Assembly: GCA_044356295.1 (NCBI GenBank)
Contig: JBIKWN010000123.1
Coordinates: forward strand, 1 to 26,427
Length of the DNA stretch: 26,427 nucleotides
DNA from: Bdellovibrionota bacterium
Lineage (GTDB): Bacteria; Bdellovibrionota_C; UBA2361; JBIKWN01
Direction of reading: 5' to 3'
Part shown: in pieces, positions 16,764-25,297 of the stretch
How positions within the stretch are numbered: position 1 is the first letter of the stretch
How the letters are laid out: the number at the start of each line of letters is the position of its first letter
Translations under genes and position numbers: made by a program
The notes under the pieces: generated by a model
What the model saw: only the letters and a program-made list of their open reading frames with translations
What the model was told of the DNA's origin: nothing
The model's database searches: none

Positions 16764-19511
16764 CTAAGCTAAGGTGACTGTACCACTAACATCTCTTGTC
16801 AAAGTGATCTCAATTCTATCAATAGGATATAAAGGAGTATATGACAAATTGATGTTTAGATTGCCGTTGTAGTAGTCAGTAGTAGAGTTATTACTCTCAT
16901 CAATTACAGGTTGACTATAGCTCACAATGTAGCCACTTCTTGCCATAGAACTCATATAAGCAGATATAGAAGAAGCAATCATATTTCTTACCTTTCTACT
17001 ATTATTTTCTCCTTTGTATGCCTGCAGATTAAAGTACAGATCCTTTCTAATAGTGTCATTAACTCTAACAATATTGATTCTATCCTTTCCAGCAGTATTA
17101 GTAAGCGTTCTGCCCTGTACTACGTAGTAACCAGAAAGCGCAGTATCTAAACTAATCATATCTACTTTTGCATCAATAAATTGCTGCTTAGTAGCTAATG
17201 ATTTGTACTGATCTAGGTCAGTAGAAATAATTCCCTGTATAGAGCCCGCAGAAGTTCTTGCATGAGGACTTATATTCTCCGGTAAAGAGGCTAGTTTACC
17301 TGCATAGAATGCAGACAGTGGAACGCCAAATCTATTATTAATATCTCCACCATAAGTAGCCCAACCTGCAACATACACAGCTCTTTCAGTGTTAATAGCT
17401 GCCGTTTCTATTCTAGCTAAAGCAGGAGTTAGATTTCTCTTAGAAGTTAGAATAGCAATCTTTCTACCTTCTAACTCTTTACTGTTATTTGCTACTGTAA
17501 TTTGTGCCTGTTTAATAGCATCAGATGCACCCGCTAATTCACTAGCTACTACAATAAAGTTAACTAGCTGTTCTGACAAAGAGTTAATAGTTTTAATGTA
17601 GTCCCTTTCTACGGGAACAGGACCGTCATAGCCCTTTATTAAAAAGATGTTCTTTAGTCTAGCATTACCTACATAGTTAATATGTCTAATATCATTTATA
17701 TCAGTAATGTAGACGTTAGCTGGTGCTAGTCTTTGTGGAGTTCTATTTAATAGAGTAAGCGCATTTGGCTGATTTAATGTCACAGGCAAATAGTCTGCCT
17801 TTAGATAAGTAGAAGTAATAGAATTAATATTACCACTGCCATCTACGTCAGTTAATAGGTCTACATCAAACGACTCAATCTGTGTATCTAACGTATTAGT
17901 ATTCTTATCTTCAATTACTACGTTAAAGCGACTAGCTCCCGTACTATTAACTGTTAATGCAATGTTGTTTCCCCATTGTCCTGGACTAATAGCAGTAAAT
18001 CTAACAAGAGGCTGACCATCAGAGCTGTATAAAGTTCTAAACGCATTTCTCGCACTATTAGTTGTGCTAGAGAAGCCCGTCTTATTAGTTACGCCGTAAT
18101 TACTAAAACTAATACCATCTATGTTAGAGAAGGTAATTGATTGATTAGTAATAGCGCTAGTAGTTGCTTGACTAAGAGTAAGTACGTTGCCTGATTTACT
18201 CTGTACAACTGCGCCTTGAGGAATACTAGCATGACTGACAATACTGTTAATAGATATATTACTTGCATCTGCTACTGTAAGAGTAGTGCTGTTATTAGCC
18301 GCAGTTCCTGTAGTTACTACTTGTCCATCTGGTGTCTCTAGATCTATCCAGAAGCTATAACCACTTGCAATAGTAATTCTATCTGGATCATTTAGATCAA
18401 AGAACTCAATAGGCTGATTAAAGATGCTTTCTGCTAGAAATAGTCCGGCTCCCTGTTCATTAGTTAATCGTGTTACTTGACCAATAGGATTAACTCCACT
18501 GACTAGATCCTGTATATTATTAATAACGTCAGAGGGAGTAGCAGATTCTGCAATAGGGACATTGTATTGTGTAGAAGATACTCTAACAGTAAATTGATCT
18601 CCGGGATACAACTCAATAGGTACACCAGTAGTACTAAATTTAAGAGATACGCCTTCTGCAGTTATCTTGTAAATACCCGCATCAGTAGTTAAGTCTAGTG
18701 CAGTAGATAATAAGCCGCCAGTAACAGTAGTATTAGTAGTATCTACATAACTAGGCACATCAGTCTGAGTAGTGCCCCAATTAATACTTGGAAGAACATT
18801 TCTATTTGGGTACTGATCAACACCAAGAGTAACCCACTTAAGAATTGCCTTATTAGACGTAGTAAAGACGTTGTATCCCGCTGCACCTGTTAATAGAGAT
18901 GCAGATAGAGTAACCACTCCAGTAGTAGTATTAACGTTAGTTACCGTAGTGTTTGCAGGCAGAACTCCAGCAGTATTACTAATAATAGTAGAGCCAACAA
19001 CAATCTTCTTTGCGTCTGCCGGATTAAAAGTAATAGTAGTGGCAGAACTAGACTGATTATATACGGCTAGAGCAGACACAGGACCATGTGTTACGTTATA
19101 AACATAGCGCTTGTCTGCAGTACCTGTATAACTACCAGTAGATGCAATAGGCGTTTCAATATAGGTAGAGCTAATTGGCTGCCCAATAAACTTTAAATTA
19201 AGAGTAAGTATATTGCTCTTAGTAGCAGTACCACCAATAAGTAGATTTACCTTAGCAGGCTCACTAGAACCAATTACTCTAGTAACGCCAAATTCTCTAG
19301 CCCCCTGATCATACGCAGCTTGAAAGGCTAGGTTTGCAATACCATTGTCATATCCATAAATTCTAGCAAAGTCTTTAAAATCTGACAGTAGTACCGTATT
19401 AATAGGACCTCTGGTAAACTCACCAACAATTGCAATTCTATTAGATGCTGTTAGATTAATAGGAGCACCTAATGCTGGTTGTTCATTAAAAATTACGTCA
19501 GGTATTCTCAT
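16764..19511 (-). CDS. Contractile tail sheath protein
   Basis: IAIVGEFTRGPIN...DFARIYG, FTAISPGQWGNNIALTV, PLSAFYAGKLA, INIVRVNDTI, NINLSYTPLYPIDRIEITL: sheath N- and C-terminal domain motifs. Confidence 0.93.
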   Translation of the reverse strand: MRIPDVIFNEQPALGAPINLTASNRIAIVGEFTRGPINTVLLSDFKDFARIYGYDNGIANLAFQAAYDQGAREFGVTRVIGSSEPAKVNLLIGGTATKSNILTLNLKFIGQPISSTYIETPIASTGSYTGTADKRYVYNVTHGPVSALAVYNQSSSATTITFNPADAKKIVVGSTIISNTAGVLPANTTVTNVNTTTGVVTLSASLLTGAAGYNVFTTSNKAILKWVTLGVDQYPNRNVLPSINWGTTQTDVPSYVDTTNTTVTGGLLSTALDLTTDAGIYKITAEGVSLKFSTTGVPIELYPGDQFTVRVSSTQYNVPIAESATPSDVINNIQDLVSGVNPIGQVTRLTNEQGAGLFLAESIFNQPIEFFDLNDPDRITIASGYSFWIDLETPDGQVVTTGTAANNSTTLTVADASNISINSIVSHASIPQGAVVQSKSGNVLTLSQATTSAITNQSITFSNIDGISFSNYGVTNKTGFSSTTNSARNAFRTLYSSDGQPLVRFTAISPGQWGNNIALTVNSTGASRFNVVIEDKNTNTLDTQIESFDVDLLTDVDGSGNINSITSTYLKADYLPVTLNQPNALTLLNRTPQRLAPANVYITDINDIRHINYVGNARLKNIFLIKGYDGPVPVERDYIKTINSLSEQLVNFIVVASELAGASDAIKQAQITVANNSKELEGRKIAILTSKRNLTPALARIETAAINTERAVYVAGWATYGGDINNRFGVPLSAFYAGKLASLPENISPHARTSAGSIQGIISTDLDQYKSLATKQQFIDAKVDMISLDTALSGYYVVQGRTLTNTAGKDRINIVRVNDTIRKDLYFNLQAYKGENNSRKVRNMIASSISAYMSSMARSGYIVSYSQPVIDESNNSTTDYYNGNLNINLSYTPLYPIDRIEITLTRDVSGTVTLA

Positions 19512-19524
19512 TTAGTTAAATTAG

Positions 19525-20184
19525 TTAGACTTGTAAATTTATAGTGTTAATGGACAACTGTTTAGTGGAGTACTTAGGCAAATAACAGGTAACTAAACAG
19601 CTAGTCAAGACTTCTTTAAAGTAGGGATCTTTTTCCCACTGACCTCCTATAAAGGCAGAACTTAATAAGGTTAACTTAGTATTTAAATCATCTATTCTAA
19701 TGTCATATATGATTAGCCTTAATAGCTCAATACACTGACTTAAGATATGCATTGAAGCGTCTGTATATACCAAGAGGTCTTGATTTTTATCTAATACAAT
19801 TTCAGCATCGTTACTAGGTAATTGAGTGGGCATATTTTGTATAACTATAGGCGTTGATTTAGATCCTGAAGTAACTACGTTGTAGTAGAAGCTAATATGA
19901 ATTAAGTAGTTTACCTGAGTATAGTCAGTACCTAATGAATAGGGTTCATATATAACTGCAGCAGATTGACTACCTGGAGACTTTGCATTTAATGATTGAG
20001 ATGGCGCTGGATATACTGCCATCGTCAATGCATTGCTGGTAGTCTCTATTCCCCCATACAGTCTGTAATTAGTAATAGGAATTACTCTATTAGTAAGAAC
20101 GTCTGTAATTGGATTACTAAGTACTAGCGGGTGAGATGCAAATGCCTTAATAAAACTAGTACAGATTTGATCTACTCCAAACAC
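19525..20184 (-). CDS. Putative tail completion/terminator protein
   Basis: 219 aa, positioned between neck genes and sheath; assignment by position only. Confidence 0.4.
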   Translation of the reverse strand: MFGVDQICTSFIKAFASHPLVLSNPITDVLTNRVIPITNYRLYGGIETTSNALTMAVYPAPSQSLNAKSPGSQSAAVIYEPYSLGTDYTQVNYLIHISFYYNVVTSGSKSTPIVIQNMPTQLPSNDAEIVLDKNQDLLVYTDASMHILSQCIELLRLIIYDIRIDDLNTKLTLLSSAFIGGQWEKDPYFKEVLTSCLVTCYLPKYSTKQLSINTINLQV

Positions 20185-22090
20185 TTTGAACTCCTGTTAA
20201 ATCTCTGAGCATACTCATCTTGTCTTTTACACTGCTTAGCTTTGTATTTGCTTTACTTCCTAGTTCAGCACTACTAACTCCCTTCTTTATTGTTGTGTCT
20301 GTATTATTTGTAGCTACATTAATACGCAGTACAGTAGTAACTGCCACTGAACGTGGAGAAGTATTATATTGAGTTAATGCTGGAGCCTGCAGATGATAAT
20401 AGCTTGCTACTGTAATGCCCTGTATATCCTCAAACTTCAAGTCAACTATTACCTTTACTTCTGGATTAGTTACTTTATACGCATTAATGTAGACAGCGTT
20501 ATTGTATATTTGAGCGCCTACAACGTGCGTGTCTTCTGCGACTCTATACTCTAATATGCCTTGAACCAGTTTAAAGGCAATATCTTCTACTTTGTCTCCC
20601 ACGGACACAGCAATGGGTACCCAAGGAACAGCAGTAGATATAGTAGATATTCTAAAGTACATAGTGCCCCCTACTGTACAGTAGGGATTAGCAGTATCTG
20701 CATAAGCAAAGTAGAAAGTATCTATCTCTATCTTATGATCTAACTTACTAGAAGCAGAAGTAGCGGTAGCAGTAGTTGATTTAGATACTCCCTTAGTTAC
20801 GTCTATGATGCTAGATAGGGGCCCCTTATCCTGTAATGCTGAATAGTTTAAATAGTTAGTAGAGAATTTGCCTAGAACTAGACCATTTATATAGTCATAT
20901 AAATAATTGTTCTTCTTATTGACTAAATCTAACTTAGTATATGCAATGGAGCTAAGAGGAACTACCTGCCAACTATTGGTATTTGTAAGAGGGGCAGTAT
21001 TGTTATTTATCAGTGATCTGTATAGCGTGCCTGTAGACTCTACTACCTCATTAATCATATAACTAGAGTTATTATCATATGCGCCTTTATACAGAGGCAA
21101 GAGAGATGCTCTAAGAATAGTAATAGGTCTAATAACAATTGCTTCTGTTGCTACTATAGTAGATAGTCTTCTAGCACTAAACTCTAGATAAACAGAGTAT
21201 AGTTCTGTAGTAAAATTTGCCGTCTTATTCTTAAACGTAGTAGTTGCAGGATACAGTTCTTTCTTCTTTACACTTAAGCTAATATCACTATTTGTTGTTC
21301 TAGTTGGAGTAGCTATTAGATTGGAATAAGGATATTCTGCAGTGCCAATAGTATACACATTTGCACATAAATCATTAATGTCAGAGCTAAGTCTAAATAT
21401 TAGAGACTCTACTGTTTCTCCACTATTAACGACAGTTACTCCTTCATTAAGTAGAGGAGGCGCTCCTGGTTCAGACTTAAGTACGTTAAAGTATATAAAG
21501 GCAATTTGATTGTCGGGTACACTAAGACTAGTCTGTGCCAATACATCCGTAAGTTTTACTGGCTCCGTCTCTAGACCCACATCAAAGCTATTAGCTGGAA
21601 TAGTAGACTTATCTAGGGCAGGGGCAAAGAAGAAGTAGTCAGTAGTACTAATCTTAGTCTGAGTAGTACTACTAACTGTTTGACTAGATGTATATAGAAA
21701 GATAATTCTATCTAAGTTGGCATATGCTCTAGTCTCTAATTCTTTTCCTCTGTCAATAAGCTTTAGATCAGCATTCAGAGGTAAAGATCTAATAATGTTT
21801 GCCGCTGTTAATTCCGCAGCTACATTTAATAGGCCACTACTATACTCACTGTCTATCATAAGAGATAAGACTGCTTGATAGGTAGTAGGCAGCTTAAATA
21901 GTCTTGTGTTATCCTTATCCTTAGCAGCAGACAGAACAAGACCTATAGTATTAAATTGATTTAGACCTTGAAAGATAATGTCATCGTCTGTTATAAAAGA
22001 AGACCCTTGTGTCAATACACACAAGGGTCTTACAAGTTTAACAAAGTTAGCACTATCAATACTTGCCTGTATATCTTGTGCAAAATTCAT
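20156..22090 (-). CDS. Putative neck/head-tail adaptor protein with CBM5/12-like insertion
   Basis: 644 aa. N-terminal LLNVAAELTAANII...ELETRAYANLDRI resembles Mu gp36-type adaptors. Internal YKGAYDNNSSYMINEVVESTGTLYRSLINNNTAPLTNTNSWQ resembles a CBM5/12 module. Confidence 0.45.
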   Translation of the reverse strand: MNFAQDIQASIDSANFVKLVRPLCVLTQGSSFITDDDIIFQGLNQFNTIGLVLSAAKDKDNTRLFKLPTTYQAVLSLMIDSEYSSGLLNVAAELTAANIIRSLPLNADLKLIDRGKELETRAYANLDRIIFLYTSSQTVSSTTQTKISTTDYFFFAPALDKSTIPANSFDVGLETEPVKLTDVLAQTSLSVPDNQIAFIYFNVLKSEPGAPPLLNEGVTVVNSGETVESLIFRLSSDINDLCANVYTIGTAEYPYSNLIATPTRTTNSDISLSVKKKELYPATTTFKNKTANFTTELYSVYLEFSARRLSTIVATEAIVIRPITILRASLLPLYKGAYDNNSSYMINEVVESTGTLYRSLINNNTAPLTNTNSWQVVPLSSIAYTKLDLVNKKNNYLYDYINGLVLGKFSTNYLNYSALQDKGPLSSIIDVTKGVSKSTTATATSASSKLDHKIEIDTFYFAYADTANPYCTVGGTMYFRISTISTAVPWVPIAVSVGDKVEDIAFKLVQGILEYRVAEDTHVVGAQIYNNAVYINAYKVTNPEVKVIVDLKFEDIQGITVASYYHLQAPALTQYNTSPRSVAVTTVLRINVATNNTDTTIKKGVSSAELGSKANTKLSSVKDKMSMLRDLTGVQSVWSRSNLY

Positions 22091-22098
22091 TGTGATTA

Positions 22099-22713
22099 CT
22101 ACTTATATGTCATTAGATGTTCAATAGCAGCTTGTTTATTTGTATAGACATAGTTAGGATTTACTTCAGCTAGTGCCTTCTTTAAAGAAGCAGCAGTATG
22201 AGAACTTAACTGTTCCTCTGATAGAGCAAGTAATTCTTGTGTTGTCTGAGAATACTTTACATACTGTACATCTACCTGCTCCTGTACTGACTGCTCTTCA
22301 ATAAAGACGGGCTCTTGAACATTCATCTCTAGAGGACGAGATTGAGGTGCCTGTAAAGACTGTAGATAGTCTTCTTTTTCAGCAGGAGATGGTGCAAAAG
22401 GAGCATAGATGTCTTCATTAATACCATAAGGTAGTGTCTCTAGAGGAGGCAGACTATCTGATGCTTCTGCTATGCGCAGTTCAGTGCCAAACACATCATC
22501 ATAGCGCTCCTTTACATGTAAGGGAAAATTAGCAGGATTAGGCAGTTCAATGTATTCCTTATACTCATAATTAGGTGAGTACAGATCTAACAATTGCGTT
22601 ACTTCATAGCTGTCATAGATGTCAAAGGAGAGGTAAGTGCCTGCTATAGCATATACGCCCTCCTTGTACAAGAAGTCAGCAATAACCTTTACTTTGATTT
22701 GTGGGTCTTGCAT
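22099..22713 (-). CDS. Acidic protein with C-terminal HeH/Rho-N-like motif
   Basis: 204 aa, E/Q/P-rich linker, ending in HTAASLKKALAEV..NYVYTNKQAAIEHL, a small helical motif often found in genes after capsid genes. Confidence 0.5.
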   Translation of the reverse strand: MQDPQIKVKVIADFLYKEGVYAIAGTYLSFDIYDSYEVTQLLDLYSPNYEYKEYIELPNPANFPLHVKERYDDVFGTELRIAEASDSLPPLETLPYGINEDIYAPFAPSPAEKEDYLQSLQAPQSRPLEMNVQEPVFIEEQSVQEQVDVQYVKYSQTTQELLALSEEQLSSHTAASLKKALAEVNPNYVYTNKQAAIEHLMTYK

Positions 22714-22736
22714 ATTTAGTCAATATTTAATAGGAA

Positions 22737-23891
22737 CTAAATAAGTGTATCATATGCAGGTACAAGAGAGGTAAGAGTTACTGGACCAGTTCCACTTACT
22801 GTGACCTTTACTAAATCTGCAGGCGCATTATATAGAGTCAATGCTGGTCTAGCTTTAGCCTGCATCAATGCAGAGCGCTGAATAGCAAAAGGATTATCAA
22901 GATAAATAGGATTAATTCTGCCTAAACTAGAAGCCTCCTTATTAGTCAACACTTGAAGAACTTTATCTTCAGTACCCGTATTACCCAATTCCATATAAGA
23001 GGGGAAGTAATACTCATACACTACAAAATGAGTTAATCCTGCTACGGCAGCACCAGTACTAATATTAGTAGGATTAGTAAAGGGAGTTAAGAGCAGTGCT
23101 CCAGTAGTACTGTTATATGTTGCAATCTCAACGCCATCTACATTGTTATTAGCATTGCTAAGAGAAGTATAACCAAAGATACGCTTTAACAAGAACGTCT
23201 TAGCAGTAGTCTCATAAGCAGCTACAGCAGCAGCAGTAGTTAACGTCTTAAGCTCTGCAGGAATATCACCCTGCGTATTTCTAAATCTAGCAAACTCATT
23301 TGCAGAGTAGGTAGCCAAAGCATTAGATTTACTAGCATTGTTCTGTGCGCTTACTTTAGTTAAGACAAACTTAACACCACTAATAGGTAAAGGCTGACCT
23401 GTATATCTTGGATCTGCTAACTTGTCTCTTTCACTAGAGAACAAGTTAAAGGCAGTGTAATCTGCTGGAGTAGCAGTACCTGACCCTACTCTTTCTCTTA
23501 CTGCCTCTTCACCACCTAAAGCATTAATAGCACTAATTGCATTGGGATTCATAAAGTAGTTAAGTACAGATTCTCCTAGAGAAGTCTGACTAACTACATA
23601 ATTAACGCCAGCAGCAATAGCGGCAGTTTGATCAGCAGGCTCTAGATAAGAAGCAACAGCACTTAATACGTATTGACTACCTGCAGTCAACAAAGAACTA
23701 TAAGGAGCAAAATCAAAACTAGCAGGAAAGGCATAGCTTTTGCCCTCAACTTCAAGAGTACCATTAGTAAAGGTAACAGTAGTTCCTGAGATAGCGGCGG
23801 TAGGTTTATCAATAACGCTGATTTGATTATAGGTCTTTAGACCTCCAGCGTTTCTACCGCCTTTAAAAACTTGATGTACTTGATACAGCAT
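22737..23891 (-). CDS. Putative second major head / capsid decoration protein
   Basis: 384 aa, A/T/G/S-rich, directly after the capsid gene with no terminator seen. Position matches the second major head protein of Ma-LMM01 as I recall it. Confidence 0.5.
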   Translation of the reverse strand: MLYQVHQVFKGGRNAGGLKTYNQISVIDKPTAAISGTTVTFTNGTLEVEGKSYAFPASFDFAPYSSLLTAGSQYVLSAVASYLEPADQTAAIAAGVNYVVSQTSLGESVLNYFMNPNAISAINALGGEEAVRERVGSGTATPADYTAFNLFSSERDKLADPRYTGQPLPISGVKFVLTKVSAQNNASKSNALATYSANEFARFRNTQGDIPAELKTLTTAAAVAAYETTAKTFLLKRIFGYTSLSNANNNVDGVEIATYNSTTGALLLTPFTNPTNISTGAAVAGLTHFVVYEYYFPSYMELGNTGTEDKVLQVLTNKEASSLGRINPIYLDNPFAIQRSALMQAKARPALTLYNAPADLVKVTVSGTGPVTLTSLVPAYDTLI

Positions 23892-23940
23892 TTGTTATTT
23901 GTGTAATTGAAGAGAACTTATTAATCTAACAACAGAAGGC

Positions 23941-25260
23941 TTATAGGTTACCATAACCCAAATCACCAACTACACCCAAACGGACGTTGATGTCTGCGAT
24001 GTTAGCCACAGTCATGTGAGCTACGCGATGTGGATACAACAAGTAAGGAAGACCAGAATTACCCATTTGAATAGTAATACCAGGAGCAGCAGGAATAACT
24101 GTCTGTCTTTGTTCACGCATCCACAGCCCAGGTTCACCGCCCATTTCCTCAGATACGCAGAACTGAGTTCTACCTGGAGCTTCATAGTTGCCCTGAGTAT
24201 CAGTCTCTGATACAAAGATAACCTTATTGCGCGGCATCAAGAACTTCTTAACACCATCTTGAGGATCTCTATAATGCGTTTCAATGGTTTTGATAGGTAT
24301 GCCAGCAATAGCCATAAGACCTTCAGGCCCAATACCAATAGAGTTAAGAGAAGCCTGATTAATCAAATCAGATTCAATATTTAAGCCGCCACCAGAACCC
24401 CCAGTAAAGATAGTTCTGTCTCCCGTTCTAGCGCCCATTCTAGGAATAATGCCGCCAGTCTTTAGCTTGATCTCATTGTTTTCACTAATAATCTGCTTTA
24501 GATCTGGATGCATATACATAGCAGTAACCTTAGTCTTGTTGGTAGTAAGGAACCAATACACAAACTTTTGAATACAGCTAATAATTGCAGCATCTGGTTC
24601 AGTCCAAGGCACACCAGAAGTACTAGCTTGAGGAGTGTTATAGTCAATTAAGCTTCTAAATAGATTAGCTTCATTTCTACCTCTATAACCATTTACATTG
24701 TTAAAGTGCCAATAGTTATGAGCAGGAATCTGACTACTTACAGATACACTCTGACCGCTTCTAGGGTCTGTATACTGAATACCACCTAGTAACGTTAATC
24801 CTCTGTACACGTCCCAAGTTAAGTTATGAGCAGTTACAAGCTTTTTAATCTGCTCAGATACATACTGTTCTGGATCTTCAAAGTCATTTAGAGTGCCATC
24901 TTTAATTCTAATGTTTGCGTCACCCCAACTAATATACTGAGAACCTCTTAAGAAGACAGGTTGAATGTATCTACGTTGCGTAGTATAATTGCCCATCCCT
25001 AAGAACTGGTCAGGCTGACCAAACTTAACAGGAGTAAACATTGTGCCAGTAGTCTCAAATCTCTGTTCAATAGCAACTATTGGCTGTTTAATGTACTGCT
25101 CAGGAAATAGTTCTGTCAGTGGCGTAATGCCTACAATAGGAAGAAAACTCTTAGCTAGTTCAAGATAAGTAGGTACTCCTGGCTTTTCGCTAGTACTTAC
25201 AGTCTCCCAAGGAGAAGCGTAAGCATCCATATTAAAAGGAGGAATCTGTTGTAAAGTCAT
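23941..25260 (-). CDS. Major capsid protein (HK97 fold, lambda gpE-like family)
   Basis: 439 aa following protease/scaffold. LTELFPEQY...TMFTPVKFGQP, PWTEPDA.IISCI, AMYMHPD, SGLPYLLYP patterns of Phage_cap_E-type capsids. Confidence 0.85.
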   Translation of the reverse strand: MTLQQIPPFNMDAYASPWETVSTSEKPGVPTYLELAKSFLPIVGITPLTELFPEQYIKQPIVAIEQRFETTGTMFTPVKFGQPDQFLGMGNYTTQRRYIQPVFLRGSQYISWGDANIRIKDGTLNDFEDPEQYVSEQIKKLVTAHNLTWDVYRGLTLLGGIQYTDPRSGQSVSVSSQIPAHNYWHFNNVNGYRGRNEANLFRSLIDYNTPQASTSGVPWTEPDAAIISCIQKFVYWFLTTNKTKVTAMYMHPDLKQIISENNEIKLKTGGIIPRMGARTGDRTIFTGGSGGGLNIESDLINQASLNSIGIGPEGLMAIAGIPIKTIETHYRDPQDGVKKFLMPRNKVIFVSETDTQGNYEAPGRTQFCVSEEMGGEPGLWMREQRQTVIPAAPGITIQMGNSGLPYLLYPHRVAHMTVANIADINVRLGVVGDLGYGNL

Positions 25261-25297
25261 TTATTTATTGTAAATAGAAAGTGAATATATGTATGTA

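Noticed and set aside
4260..19511. Extracellular contractile injection system / tailocin / T6SS interpretation
   Set aside because: Capsid, protease and scaffold genes are in the same operon, so this is a phage.
22713..22743. Inverted repeat TATTTAGT...ACTAAATA after the second head gene
   Set aside because: Almost all A/T with a 15-nt loop and no U-tract; too weak to call a terminator.
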